Shown here piece by piece: positions 29,200 through 42,920 of a stretch of DNA of 64,000 nucleotides. The notes under the pieces were generated by a model. That model made no database searches, was not told the DNA's origin, and worked only from the letters and a program-made list of their open reading frames with translations. Source of the DNA: Vicugna vicugna (taxonomy: Eukaryota); contig MU061579.1 of the NCBI GenBank assembly GCA_013265495.1, positions 2,229,319 to 2,293,318 of the forward strand, given 5' to 3'. Position 1 is the stretch's first letter; each line of letters begins with the position of its first letter. Position numbers and translations under genes: made by a program.

Positions 29200-29770
29200 T
29201 AAAAATTAGTAGACTATCCCCACTTTCTCTATATATTTACAAGTGGGTCTTTTACTTCCTTTGATTTTTATCTCCTTGCATGGTTCCCCAAAGTTTAGAG
29301 ATTTTATAGCACAAGTGACCTTCTAATGGATGAACCCAATGGACATAAGGTAATCAGCATTCTTCTCCACATCTCTGATGCTTTGGTTCACATAAAACTT
29401 TTTTCTGTTTTTCTAGAAATTATCACCTTCCTTGGCTTCTGAATTTCAAAAGTGACCTAGTTTTCTTATTCACCATATTTTTTATCCTTTGCTGCTGGCC
29501 CCCAATATGGAATCTATAACTGCTCCTCAAATGTATATTATTTTTCAAAATCATTTTCGAGATCTCAACCCAGAAACTCCTCCTCTGCAGTGCCTGCCCT
29601 AAATTCCCCAGCAGGTTTCATGGCAATTTTTTGTGTCTTTATTTTATTAAAGGAAATTTAAATAATATTATATTTTGTCTGTTTTTATATACCTACAAGA
29701 TTTGAGTTTCTTCAGTGTGTCATCCTGAAAACCCTGGGACATAATGGGAGGAAACAAATGTAGGTATAGT
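29200..29770 (+). mobile_element. L2 LINE fragments
   Basis: agtgaccttctaatggatgaacccaatggac...ccttccttggcttctg, plus a degraded L2 3' end near 29690-29770. Confidence 0.5.
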
Positions 29771-32700
29771 GAAATAATGACGAAATCCAGTCAACCACAC
29801 AGGCTTGCTTTATAATGGCCTCGCTGCCTATTCTTACTGCTGTTTCCCATAATTCATTCTTTCTCAGAATAATCCTCTGCCTTCAACATTTCTTCTTCCT
29901 CCCGTTTTGCTGAGAATGGTCAGGTCATGTCTTCAATCTCCTCCCTTTAATTAGATCATTTATTTGCCTAAATAAAATCTTTGATTTTCACTCCCTATTG
30001 TTTATAATTCTCACACATGTTCCACTCACAATTTTTTGGAACAGCTTTCTTAGAGACCTCTTTATTGCACTACTTATTCAATTTTCAAGCACATTTTCAT
30101 AGCTTCAAAAAAAAAACCCTACGGGAAAGCTGACACTCTTCTTCAAGTTATTCTGCTTTTTCTTATGTCGAGTAGACTAGGTTGCCTTTGTAGGACGTAA
30201 AGTTGTTCTTCACTCTAGACAGAAAAATGGAAATCTCAGATATCTCAGGTCACTAGATGTCTTCATGTTCATACTTTTGCATCTCAGGATAGAACCATGA
30301 TTCTACTGACTCTCCAGGGAAACGCTATGAACACTTAGAGGACCAGCTGATTTCCTGGAGCAGTTTGTTCTCTTTGACCTCTTTCCAAATGTTCTTTTGA
30401 TTGTTGAGTTTATGCTTTTTCTCCATGCCTCTTCATCACTTCTGGAGAGATCTTACAAACTTCTAATATCCAGTCCAACCCTGAACACTGATTCATTGGG
30501 TTTAAGTGAAGGCCAGACATTGGCATTGTGTTGTCATAAGTTATCTGGCACATCTAAGTTTAGGAATCACCACTTAAACCACTTTACATCAGAGTATCAG
30601 TCATTAACAAAGTGACAGTTACATATATAGTACAGACTCATTCAGTCTGTCACAGAGCTTTTAACACATTGCTCACATTTCCAGTGTAGTCAATATTATC
30701 CGGACTATATAAATAATATGAATCCTATATCATAACTTCTGCCATATAACACATCTTCTCAACAGACCGAACCTGCTGATGCTGAGGAAAAGTGTATAAA
30801 TATTTATATATCTGCTTATCTGTCTGTCTATTATATCAACCTATCTAAATCTCCGTGTCTGATTTGCTATTTGAATTAAAGCTTAATTCTTGCATTAATG
30901 GGTTCTCCTTCATAATTCAGAATTTTGTACTACTTTGTTTCACATTACCAACTTAAATAGTTTGCCACAAGAATTTTATGTATTCAAAATTATCAAAATA
31001 GAGTTTAAGAGATAGTAACATAATGTTGATATTTTATGTAGAAGTCTAATGGAATATTTTTAAATGCAGATAAAAATGTTGGATGGGGTATTTTATGATC
31101 CATTGTGTGATATTCTTTATTTCAGATTGTTATTGTGAATCATTTTCCATTCATTTAGATATTGTTTTAAATGAAAAACCATTTTTTGCTAAAAGGAATT
31201 ATTAATGACCTTAAGCATTTGCTAGTGTATATATACATATACACACTATATATACAATATATATATATATTGTTGTTAGTGTTTTAAAATTACATTTTCC
31301 TTCCAACATTAAATGTAACATGTAACCTACAATAATTTATGGAGATTTAAATAGTCACTGTCAAAATAAAGCAGGGAATCAAGCAAATAAAATGCACTGA
31401 TTTATAGTAGCTATTGTATAATACATTCTAGAAAAATAATTATTTTATTTTTGACATTCTTCATTGCAAACATAGCTGATTACCCGTCCTTGCTATTCTG
31501 TCATTACTTTTGGCAGAACCAGTATTTGAGCACAGATTCTGAGATTACCACCTTCATTCAAACATCACCCTCTTTTCTATTTTTATGTCACACTGGAACA
31601 TTATCTCTTAAAATTTCTTATTTCCACTTTATTAGTGTAATTTCTGTATTCATTTTGAACTTTCTTCCTGCATTAGTGGACTGAGTCTAAAATACTTAAG
31701 AAACATTACAATAGAATTAAGAATAGCCGTTGACCCTCCTTTCTCTTTATATATTTTTTTAATCCAACGCGATGTCTTGAAGTGATAATATGTCTTTCTG
31801 ACCTTCGCATTCTTTCCTAAATTCAACATTGTCATTAAAATGTTATTGTTCAGCAGTATTTGCTGAGCATCTTCTGTGTGCACAACAGTGGTTTTAGGAG
31901 CCTGTCAGTGGTCTCACTTCTGAGGTGAGACTGAACATAAAGCAATTCACAGGTAGTTAGCTGTCAGTTGGCAGTGAAAAATGGAAAAAAAAAAAAGAAA
32001 ATATGCACACATGAGATAAAGCATGGTAAATACAAATTGATTTCTATATTTATTAAGAAATAAGGTAAAATATTACAGTCATACTGCTGTAAAGAAATAT
32101 GAGAATTATTAGTGAAACAAGGATAATGTTTCTAGAAATTGTGTTACTAGTAAATATGGGCCCATGGTGTGTATGCTGCTGGTACTAGGAATATTTTGTA
32201 ATTGCTTTAAAATACTGTAGTTCCAATTCAGCAAAACGTTGTAAAGAAGAGAATGATTCAAATGTTTTCCTTTTCCAATAGAATTTAGCATTTCTAAAAG
32301 TTTGATTTTGAATGAAATGAAAAAGAATATTTTATAAAGACTGCACACTCTATATATGTACATGGAGGGAGAGGTACTGGATTAGAAACTCAAACAATGG
32401 ACAGTATTCCTGATCGATCTTCTGTCTGAGACAAAATAAGGGGAAGAATTGTGGAAGCATGCATTTGTCTTTAGTAAAGCCATTTTATAAATTTAGGGGA
32501 AGTGTGACCTTTCCTTTTAGCTTTCCCCTTAACAACCTATCATGTAGATAATCCTTAACACTTTAATTCTTAACATTAAAAAATTCCCAGTTATGATAAG
32601 TGATTTGTACCACAAATATTCACGTTATAAAAGTACAGAAGGGTTCTTTACCTTTCTCACCATTCTGGTAATATTAGTTTTATATTTTATATTAGAAAGA

Positions 32701-33758
32701 GCTAGTCTCAGTTATAGGTTTACAAATCTGTACATTTATGCCACTTTCAAATTACATAAGAGCTTAATGGATTCAACTATCGCCGAGAATAATCTCAGAC
32801 AGATATTATGGAACCTTTTTATGTTGTTCTTTCCCAAATATTATGTGTATGTAACCCTGTTAATACATGACATTAATTTGTTCCCTTAATGAGCCTAAAG
32901 TATTTTTGCTTTATTTTGTAGTTATGATAATCTGTAAGTTCCATACATAGCAAGTATTGCGTTCAGCCAAATCTGTAACATAGTAGATTGTGAGGTTCAA
33001 TTGGGTAAAGTTTTGCAGGACTTTTCAAATATGACTTAAAGACTGTATGTGATGTTACTTCTTTGGAACAAACTGAAACCAGTCATAGTAAGCACATAAA
33101 ATTAAACTTTTAAACTTTATTTTCAATTCCCTAGTTAAGGAAACTTTTATCTATTATTTCATTACTATCCTTACTTTTTCAAGGTCAATAGACAATATTT
33201 TTTATATGGATGAAGTAAGAACTATATTCTGATTTCCTAGCACTGCATCTAAATTCCTGTTTCTCAGCTGTACCTTTAACAGTTTAAGTCAACTACCAGA
33301 ACACTCAGTTTTAAACCATATACTGTATGGACAAAGAATTTAAAAATGAAGTCTTCTTACAATGGATTAGTTCTATATTTATTGCTTTCCAAAATCCCTG
33401 ACCCTTGTTTATATAAGGAGTCTATTTGTGAAAAACGTATATGAAGTGAAGACTACAGAATAGAAAAATGTTGACTATGTGGAACTAACATATCAGATTT
33501 CAATGTGTGTTTTAGTGACATTGCTGTTCTCTTATCTGTTTCGAAAAAGGAATTTTCAGTTTTTCCATAAATAAAAATCTAAGCTTTAGACATTTCTTCG
33601 GATAATACTGAGTTAACCAAATAGATTTCAATATATACTAACCATTTTGTATTGAATTAGTTGTCAGTAGACCTTAATGTATGTAATTTATGTGTTTTTT
33701 AAATGAGATCATTGACAATCTTCTGTCTTAGTGACATTCAGACTCTTTTCTTTTACAG

Positions 33759-33975
33759 CCATTTCGTAGAGTGACGTTTTCTGTTGTGAGTCAGCCTCAG
33801 GACCCACATCAGGGGTCACTGCAGAGTTGCTATGACAGCGGGCTGGAGGAGTCAGAAACACCAAGCAGTAAGAGTTCATCAGGGCCAAGACTGGGTGCCC
33901 TTCCACTCCCAGAGGACAACTATGAAAGGACCACGCCGGATGGCAGTGTTGGTGAGGCAGAGCATATGGAAAATG
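33759..33975 (+). CDS. PCDH7: Protocadherin-7 internal coding exon (cytoplasmic tail: CM3/RRVTF and CM1); 217 nt, phase 0 to phase 1; alternative donor after 33951 gives 193 nt
   Basis: Acceptor ctcttttcttttacag|CCA. Translation PFRRVTFSVVSQPQDPHQGSLQSCYDSGLEESETPSSKSSSGPRLGALPLPEDNYERTTPDGSVGEAEHMEN is the recognisable PCDH7 long-isoform tail. Donors TTG|GTGAGG (33952) and ATG|GTAGGG (33976). Confidence 0.97.
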
Positions 33976-36900
33976 GTAGGGGCAAACACAACATCCACAC
34001 ACATAATCACGCTAGTGAGCCGTAGTAAGTAGACTCGCGAAGGTCAGTCTAAAACCAAGCTAAAATAGCTGACACTAAACCGATTCTCTTGGAAATAATA
34101 AACATTTGCTAAAGTACAGAAACGCCAAATAAAGGAACGTAACTCTCTAGATGAAATTCACCAAACTCGCACCATCATTTTAAAACCACCTATCAGAAAT
34201 AAACACATTTTCAAAGAAATCAGAGTAGTACCTGTTATGAAAAAAACCTAAATCAGCGCAGAGTATCTAAACAGTAGCCACTGAGAAAGGTCTCGTGTAA
34301 TTGTTTTCTTTGATTCATTTTTGTCATGCAACTATTTCTTCAAATGCAATCATCCAGTCTTAGTAAAAGACAATGACAATAAACACGTATTCTCCGATCT
34401 TTCTTCTCCAAGGGATTTAAAGAAGCATTTTCAAACCTCTCCTTTCAAGTGCTAGCTGAAATGGAGTCAAAGAAGGAGAACAGTATTATCTTACTCTCCA
34501 AAATATATCGTAAATGCTATTTGTACTCCTTTCTCATTTAATTGTAAGGTTTTTCTCATTTTTGTGCGAGGGAAAGGGAAGAAAGAAATCTAGAGTTCTC
34601 TCTGTTCCTGTCCTGTTGTGAGATGGTTCTCATAGTTCCAATTGACCTTACGTGCACTTTCCTTTAAGTTGTGCAGTTAGACTGCAAGCAGTACTCACAA
34701 AGCTTTTCACATTTGTTATTTTCCCAAAGACAATTAGATATTTTTTTTTATTTCAGGTTATAAATAAATGACTGAGAATAGATTTGTGTCCAATAATGGA
34801 ATGATAGAGTCTTACTAACTTTATTATTATTTAATACATAAAAAGAGATTTGGCTATATGTAGGGGAAGGAAAGGAGTCACACACACTTTATCTCTAATG
34901 AAACCTTGAAACAAATCTATGTCTTTCACCATTCCATCCTCCAACTGAAACAAGACGTTTTAACTTTTTGTTGTATACCAGTTTCTTGAGTGATAATATG
35001 CAAATAGAGCATATTAATGCAGGAGAAAGTCTGATTTTTTTCTGGAAGTTTACCTGTGAAAATCAAAATCCAACATTAGAGAGTAATATATCATAAATGA
35101 CCCCAAGTGCAATGATTGCTAAACTAAATCATGCTAAATAATTATTTTTCCACATTATCATATCTTGGTGAGAAGATATGATATCGGGGTCTGATGATTG
35201 ACACCCCTCTTGATTAATCATCCAGAGTTTAAGTGGCATTTTGCCTTATGGCTGTAAAGGCATGCTTATCTGTGTGTATGGCAGTGTGTGTTTATGTGGA
35301 TGGGAATTTGATATGGTTTTTAAGAATTAACATTTTTTCGTATTTTTTAAATAAGTAAAAAATTTAGTATGAATTACAATGCTGATAAATGTATATTTAA
35401 GGCAAATATGTTTGAAATGCTTTGCACAAAAGTAAAAGTTAAATTAAGAATACTGTAATAATGTTTTGTATTCACACACACACATACCCACACCCACACA
35501 CACATACACAAGCCCCTAGGAAGGCAGGATTAATTTACTTTAAGTGCTTTGCAATATCTGTGTTACCTTTTGATAATATCATATCACTTATTTGTATTTT
35601 AAAAAGTACTTGTATGGCTATTAATAAAGTACAAATAAGTCTTTATTTTTTAGATATCAGCTATCATTGGCATTATAATCACATTTTAATGTTATTTTCT
35701 TTTTTGAGTTTAAAAAGATTCAACGCCATTAAAATAAGAAATAATGAATAATAAGCACAATGATATATGACAAACACATAGCAGTTACCTTTTAGGAAAC
35801 ATACATGTCATGGAAAACTTAACAGGTGAGCTTGTTAAGAGACTAGAAAGTTTACTGACAAAACATTTCCCAAAGAAGACTTACAGTTATTTTTTTTTAT
35901 AACCATGCTTTCAGGCTTGTCAACAGCTAAGGAACATAATGTAACTGATTTTTTTCAGATTTTATGTGACTGACACTTGAAATTCAGAGTTTATGTAACC
36001 AATTGTCATCCGCTAGCTGTGATTCATGTTAGCCCTGATCTATAGGTAATGACAGGAGATATGATTCACTTGGGTGATCCAAATGTAGCAGTTGACATTT
36101 GAGTAAGAGTTTTGTTGGTTTCAAGATTTCAGACTACTGTCTAACCATAAAGTGCAATTGTGTTGCTTGAATTCCGGTAATTTCATCTTCAACATTAATG
36201 GATTATTCTGACATAAATAGAATTGGAATTGAAACCTGTCAAATTTTCATTTGTCACATTTAATTGGAATCCAGGTAATCTGCAGTGTTTTGCTTGGTTA
36301 AGTTTTAATCAGGATTTGTATTGGATTTTCCCTGAAAATACCATTTTGGATGCTGTCCTAGTTTGTAATTATTATTACCTCAAATATTTTTCTTGAATTT
36401 TAACCTATGTGAAACAATGCAGTTATAACTAATTTTTTAGGATTAACTTTTGTTGTAAACTTTAGAAGGTAATTTCCAGTGCAATAGCTTTATAACATTC
36501 TAGTATGATGATGTGAACTGAGTATAAATTGGGACAGTAAATGATAGAAATAAATTGTTTATAATAATAATAAATCACTACAGATGCTATAATAAGAAAA
36601 TAACTAAAACACAAGAAAACTTCAGTACATAGGCAGTGAAATGCACTTTGTTTTACAAAATCTTTTATCTGCCTTCTATACTTTAGCATAATAAAATTTT
36701 ATAAAGAAGGCTTATGGGTTAATTCTCTTTATAACAAGTTTTATCCTATATTCCAGCTCACAGGAGTGCCAAATGATGAAAGAGGTTTTATTTTCTTATT
36801 AGCTTAGGTAAAAGAATATAGTGTAAGGATAAATATAATTTTTTGAAGCCTGAATGTAGTAATTAAAGTGAGAACCAACATTTGGATAATTCCAAATTTG

Positions 36901-39064
36901 GGTTCTTACAGCCCATGGGTCTCTGGAAAGGCATAATGAAAATACCATTTAAAAACATTTTAAGAAAACTCTAATGAATTATATACATTTATTAATGAAA
37001 AAGATCACTGATATATTTTTCTTTGGTTTAATTATCAATATTGTGATTATTTCATGTTGATCCTTTGATAAGATTGCGGAAAATGGTTATTTGTTATTTC
37101 ATTAAAATACATTTAGTGGTATGAAATATTTGAAAATATAGAGTACATGGTAGAAAGTTGAGTGATGAAAAAATATTTGATAATGATAAAATAAGTGGAT
37201 AATTGAAGTAAAAACCAAATTAAAGCTTAAAAGCAACAACACAGTAAGGGCAACCATTGACTACGCAAAAGCTTGTCCTCTTAATTTTGCAGTAGTCTTC
37301 AAACTTTCTCTTGGAGCGGTGTTTATGAGTCTATTGTAAGTATTTGTTTTGACCCCTGCCTCATGCCATCATCTACTTATTCTTCTCAAAGTCCCCCTGA
37401 GTCATATTTGCAAGGCTAGTTTGTTTTTACTGTGTGTCACTTGATCATATGATGTGTTTAGCAATTCCAATATAGAAAACACCCCACTTGACCTCTGATC
37501 CCAATTTTCATTTAGGATTGGGTAGGTCACTAACTCCTTCTGAGTCTGTTTCTAATCATCTGTAAGGTAATTAACTAAATTAAGTTTAAAATCATACCCA
37601 GATCCGATAAGTTGCAATTCTTTCCTTACACTCAGTTTTTTTTTTCTTTTTTAATATATTTTATTCTCCTGAACAGAAAGAAACCTTTGGGTCTCTTAGT
37701 GAGATGGTGAGTGAATTTGATAATACGTAATAATACAGGCAAAGCAGAAGTTGTGCCTTCTACATGCATGCAGGTAATGCATGTATTACATAAGCCAAAG
37801 AACTGAATTGGGTCAAATGGTGTGATTTCCGGCCAGGTAGGTGGAAAGGTTGGCCCAAGAGCAGGTCAGGATGGGAGATAGTTTTTGGAGCCATCCCAGA
37901 CTATACTATGCAAGAGGCATCTATAGGTCTGAGTCGGCTCTGGGCACAGTGCCCTCAAAACCATTAATTATGATGAAATGATCTCACAACAGAATAAGTG
38001 CATTTACTTTCTTCCTTGATAGTGTAAACTTTGTTCGCAGTGAGTGAACAAAATATGTATTTTCCTCTAGGTGAACTTACAAATAGTATAACATAGAAAT
38101 AAATTAAAATAAAAAAATAGCAGTTGATCCATAAGGTAGGTGGTTTTAAAAAGTTGAATAATCAGAAACTTAGCCATTCTAAATATCTAATAAATTTTAT
38201 GCCTCTCGATTTTCTCTAATACTTAAAAGACAATTTTCATTTATATACTCTGACAGTTTTGAATTTCCCACTTCCAAACTTTCTTGCTTGTTTTATTTTT
38301 TTCTCCTCACTCTACTTGCTTTAGTGTTTAGAGCACATTGTTCTTGAGGGTTAAAACATGGTGCAGTTTACCATGACTCCATTTTGTATCCGTCATGGAC
38401 TTTTTACCTTGCTTTCAGAAGTAAATGACAAGATATTTGAAATAACATTTGGGTCAAGTATCAAATATATTACCAAAGGTCATGAGAATAGAGACTAAAC
38501 TCATATCCTAGTGTGGGATAAAGGACTCTCTCTGTCTCTCTCCTTGTTTCCCACCTACCCTATTTTCAGCAGTCGTTTGCAAGGTACTTTCATCTAGTTA
38601 CTGTTGGTTTGTGCTGTTTTTATTTAGGTTGAATTAAGTAGCAAGGCTGCTTCTTCCAGCTTTCCAAAGATGCTCATATACTTGTAACTAGCATAAGCAT
38701 AATGCCTCAAAACAAATACCCTGCACTTTTTTTCTATGGGAAGTGACTGATATACCTCGGAAAGGATTCATTTTCATGATTCTGCATTTCACCATGTCTA
38801 GTTGCTAGTGTCTGACCACATTTTCCACTTTTCTAGCCATCTGTGAAATGGCTCTGTACCTCCCAAGTATACACAAGTCAACATGTCCCCACTTCCGGAG
38901 GACCCTGTTTACTCCTACGTCTCCATAATGATTAGAGACAGAAAGTGATTATAGAGATTATTTTTAACCAGAATCTCAGCCAATCAAGATGTATGCTACA
39001 GTAGCTTTCCGGCTTTCCAGTAAAATGAGCAGCACAATCTACAAGACTCTAAACATTTCCTACC

Positions 39065-39300
39065 AGAGAAGTGGCAAAGTTGTGGATGGAATGTAGTGAT
39101 TTAAAAAACAGACTTTGAAATCTAATGACATTGGGTTAAATCCTGGTTTCTCCTCTTACTAGCAGTGTAACTTTCTGACCTCTCTCAGCCCCTCTTACTC
39201 CAATAGCAAATAGGATTGTGAAAGAAACTAAGTGAGATAGTAGCATCTAATAACTTATAAATAAACAATAAGAGTTCCAGTAGTTTTACTATATTGGTTG
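39065..39300 (+). mobile_element. MIR SINE
   Basis: gtagtgatttaaaaaacagactttgaaatc...gggttaaatcctggtttctcctcttactagcagtgtaact...ggattgtgaaagaaactaagtgagata. Confidence 0.8.
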
Positions 39301-42014
39301 ATGGTGAAATTATTCACTACTATTGTTTCAATAGCAATAATGAAATGATTGTGATTATAATTAACTTTAGGTAGCTTGGATATAACACAATGGTCAATTA
39401 TGATAGCATCATCAAATGTTAGTTTCACAAAGGTAGCATTCTAAAATTACTGCTAAGAATAAGTCTCACTTTGAATATTTCCCAGCCAATTTCTCATTTT
39501 TGTGGGATACCAAGAGGTTACACTCAGGAGCAGTGACATTTAAACATATCAAGGATCTAAAATGAGGGGAAAGAAAGATTCTATCCTCTGACACCAAATC
39601 AACCCAACTCTTGTATTCAAGGTGAGGAGAAGCCATTCTCTCCCTGAATTCTTTTCTTTCTTTTTAAATGTTTTTACATTTGATACCTACTTTTCCAGTT
39701 GAATGCATTATTCTTCAGGTTTATATTTCCCTTTGAACTGCTGCAAAAATACTCACATTGACAGGGAAAATGAGCTGAAAAAAAGTATCTAATTAGTATG
39801 CTTACTGAACTCTCAGCCCTTTCTTTTTTAATCTCACTATTAATAATTAACACTGATAAAACGTGTGGCCATATTACCCTTTTTATTCTAATTTGGTCCT
39901 TTAAAACTAGATCACTCCACTGAACCCTTATGACATTCGAGGAGGGAATGAGCTCTCATCAAATCCCAAAGTGACTTTGGAGGTCAGTTAGTGGGTTGGT
40001 TGCCTCTGGACTCTCAAAGCATTTGCTTATCTGAATTTCAGCACACTTGCTAGACAATGACTTCTGTGTTTAGCTCCTTATTTAGTTAAGGCATTATTCC
40101 CATGTTTCTTGCATTCTTTTTTTGCTTACAGATTGGATATACTTCTGTTCTTCCTCCGATTCTTTTCTAGAGTTATGTATGAAAAACTCGATGTTGCTGA
40201 AATATGAGAACACTCTAAAGCAACTTCTGTGATTAAAGGAACTCTGGAACTTGGTTCTTAAAGTGTAGTTAGCATGCAACCTCAGAGGTCAGTCCACTTA
40301 TTGAGAAACTGTTTTATCTCAATATTTCTCTTCTAGGTTAAAACACTCACTTCTTAACTTCTGTAACTTACTGTTCCTTCTTGTATCGCAGGTTGTTTTT
40401 GTTTGTTTCTTTGGTTTGGTTTTTACTGTTGTTGTTGTTGTTGTTTTTGGTAAGAAAAGCCTTCTCTTCTTAAGTAAAGCACAACAGAATAATGCCCTTC
40501 CCACCTCTAGTTTAGTGGCAAAGCTGTGGTTGTTCATTTTGATCCAACAAACATGTATTGAAAATACAATATGACCACGTCTTTCTAAGTAAGTTGAAGT
40601 GAATGAGAAAGAACTTCTGCCTTATGTTGGAGAGATACACCTTGATTTCAGTAACTACACTATAATTTGAAAAGGAGAAAGCTCCTCAGAGAAGTTCAGG
40701 GTGGTATGAAGCATGGAGAATGGAGAGGAAAATTATACCAATGAAACAATTACGAAAGTGCTTATTGAAATTTTTACATTTTATAAATAATATCTTAGTC
40801 CAGAAGAAGGGCTTGAAATGTTATTTGCATCATATCCTCTCTTTTTACCTACCCATCTTCTACATAATTTAAAAGTAAGTATTATATTGGCCCAGAGGCT
40901 TCATGCTAAGCTAAATAAAGTTAAATTATTTGCTTTACTTTTCTAATCAATGTATTGTTTGTTTGTTTAGTTTTGGTGCTGAACATAACTAGTTCCAAAA
41001 CTGCAGAATTTATCATTGATAAAATTGTTAGTGTATGCTAAATCCAAGTCTGATCTACAGGTGAATTTCATGTTTCTTTTCTGTCCCTATGCATAAATAT
41101 GAATAATTAGTAAAAATATGTGTGCTTTAAATCAGGCTTTTTAAACTTAGTAAGAGCATGTAAATAATCTTTTGAAGTTATTATTATTTATTTCCAGAAG
41201 ATCAATTGAATTACTCAAATTAAATAGGTGATTAGGTTAGAGTAGATTACATTAGGTTAGGCTTATTTTTTGAAAAACCAATTCATTCTTTGTGTTATGG
41301 TTGCATATGGTTTTTGTAATTACTTTCAAGATTCAAGTTAAGTATATGGATATGTGTCTTTTTATCACATTCCCTTTCTATCTGGAACATAAACAATAGG
41401 TGGCTTTGTTTTTAAATCTTGTTTCTGATAAATTTGACTTAATTTATGAAAGTAGACTTTTTAGCATCCATCTCATTATCTTGTGTGCCTTCTCATTAAT
41501 GTCCAGAAAATACAATTTTTTAATAAAATGAGAAAATATTTGAAACACATGCAAACTTAAATGCCTCCTTTAAAACAGATTTTCAGCAAAAATATGATAA
41601 TCGCAAAAGAAACTAAGTTTTGATACTGTATATTGAAAAGAAATCTATGATGAGTGCATTAAAATGTTTTGGTAATAAAAAGATAGAACAGCGGCCTGTT
41701 GTTTAAAAATCATCCACTCATTCATTTCTGTTGCAAAATATATCGTCTGTGAGTATTTCTGCTCTGAAATTCTTACCATCTGCATTGATGAGGTCATTGG
41801 GGGACCCACATATAAGCTGAGAATGGCATGCTTCTCTGAGGTTGCATTCCTGCGAGTCATAGTGCCCTATACTGAATTACACACATTGTTTCTATTCAGT
41901 ATGAGGTTGCATTTCACCAACCCAGCATTTGTAGCAAAAGGTCATCTCAGCCAGAGCTAAAATTTCATACAATGGACAGGGAATTTGGAGTATTATGAAA
42001 ATTCATGGAGTTCC

Positions 42015-42920
42015 ATGATCATTTGTTGAGTGTTTACTCTATGTGAATTCCCAGAAGGGTTCAAAGGTAATGAGACATTCTCCCCTGCCTTTTAAATGTT
42101 AAATATTGTGATGGAGAATGACATGAACAGAATTAGATGTTTAAAAGTAAAGATGTGAGAGGCTCTAGGTGAGGAGACTAAATGTTATTAGAACCAAAGG
42201 AGGATATGAGTTGCCGGTATGAGAAACCATAGCCAAGCTTTGAAGGATGGGTGAGTAGGGATTTGATGAGCAGAAATATGCATAAGTTTAAGAGGCTAGT
42301 GAGTGATACCAAGGATACCAGCCTGAGATGCTGGGAAAACAGTGGTACTGTTTGCCAACCTGGGAAAAATGGAAAGAATAATGCGTTTCCAGGAGAATGA
42401 ACCTAATTAAGGCACGTGGGATTTAAGGTATCTTCAAAAAATTCAGGTGATATCTAACAGGCTATTGAAAATGTATCATCAGAAACTTGGGAGGAGACAT
42501 AAATAGCAGAAATATAGCTGTAAGAGTCATTGGCACCCTGTTGATTATGGAATTTGGAGAATAGATGTGACTTATCAATTAAACATATGACACCGGAGAA
42601 GAGCCCATACTCAACACAGACTCTGAAAACAAATCTTGAAATAAAAGAGAATGATGGAGAAGCAAGTTTCCGTGAAAGTGACTGAGAAGGATATTTAAAA
42701 ATAAAAAGCAAAACCAAACAAAATATGGCAGGCTAAGGAGAAATTTAGAATTAGGATTATGCACCTAGACTCCTACACATAGATGTTGAAAAAAATTGTT
42801 GAATATATTTATATGGCCTAGGAGCCCAGCGTTGCCGATAGAGATTCAAAGGAAGTGAAACACCTGAGGAAGTGGAAGTCCAGGAAAGGCAGTGTAAAAA
42901 CACACTTGGGAATTTTCTTC
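42015..42920 (-). mobile_element. L2 LINE, degraded
   Basis: Starts with an inverted L2 tail (tcatttgttgagtgtttactctatgtg), followed by purine-rich L2-minus segments such as caggtgatatctaacaggctattgaaaatgta and aagagtcattggca. Confidence 0.7.

Noticed and set aside
31254..31273. Perfect 20-bp palindrome acaatatatatatatattgt
   Set aside because: Mostly an (AT)n run, which is self-complementary by nature.
33709..34032. Overlapping antisense 97-aa ORF and alternative-frame 66-aa ORF
   Set aside because: Shadows of the GC-richer PCDH7 exon; no independent gene signals.
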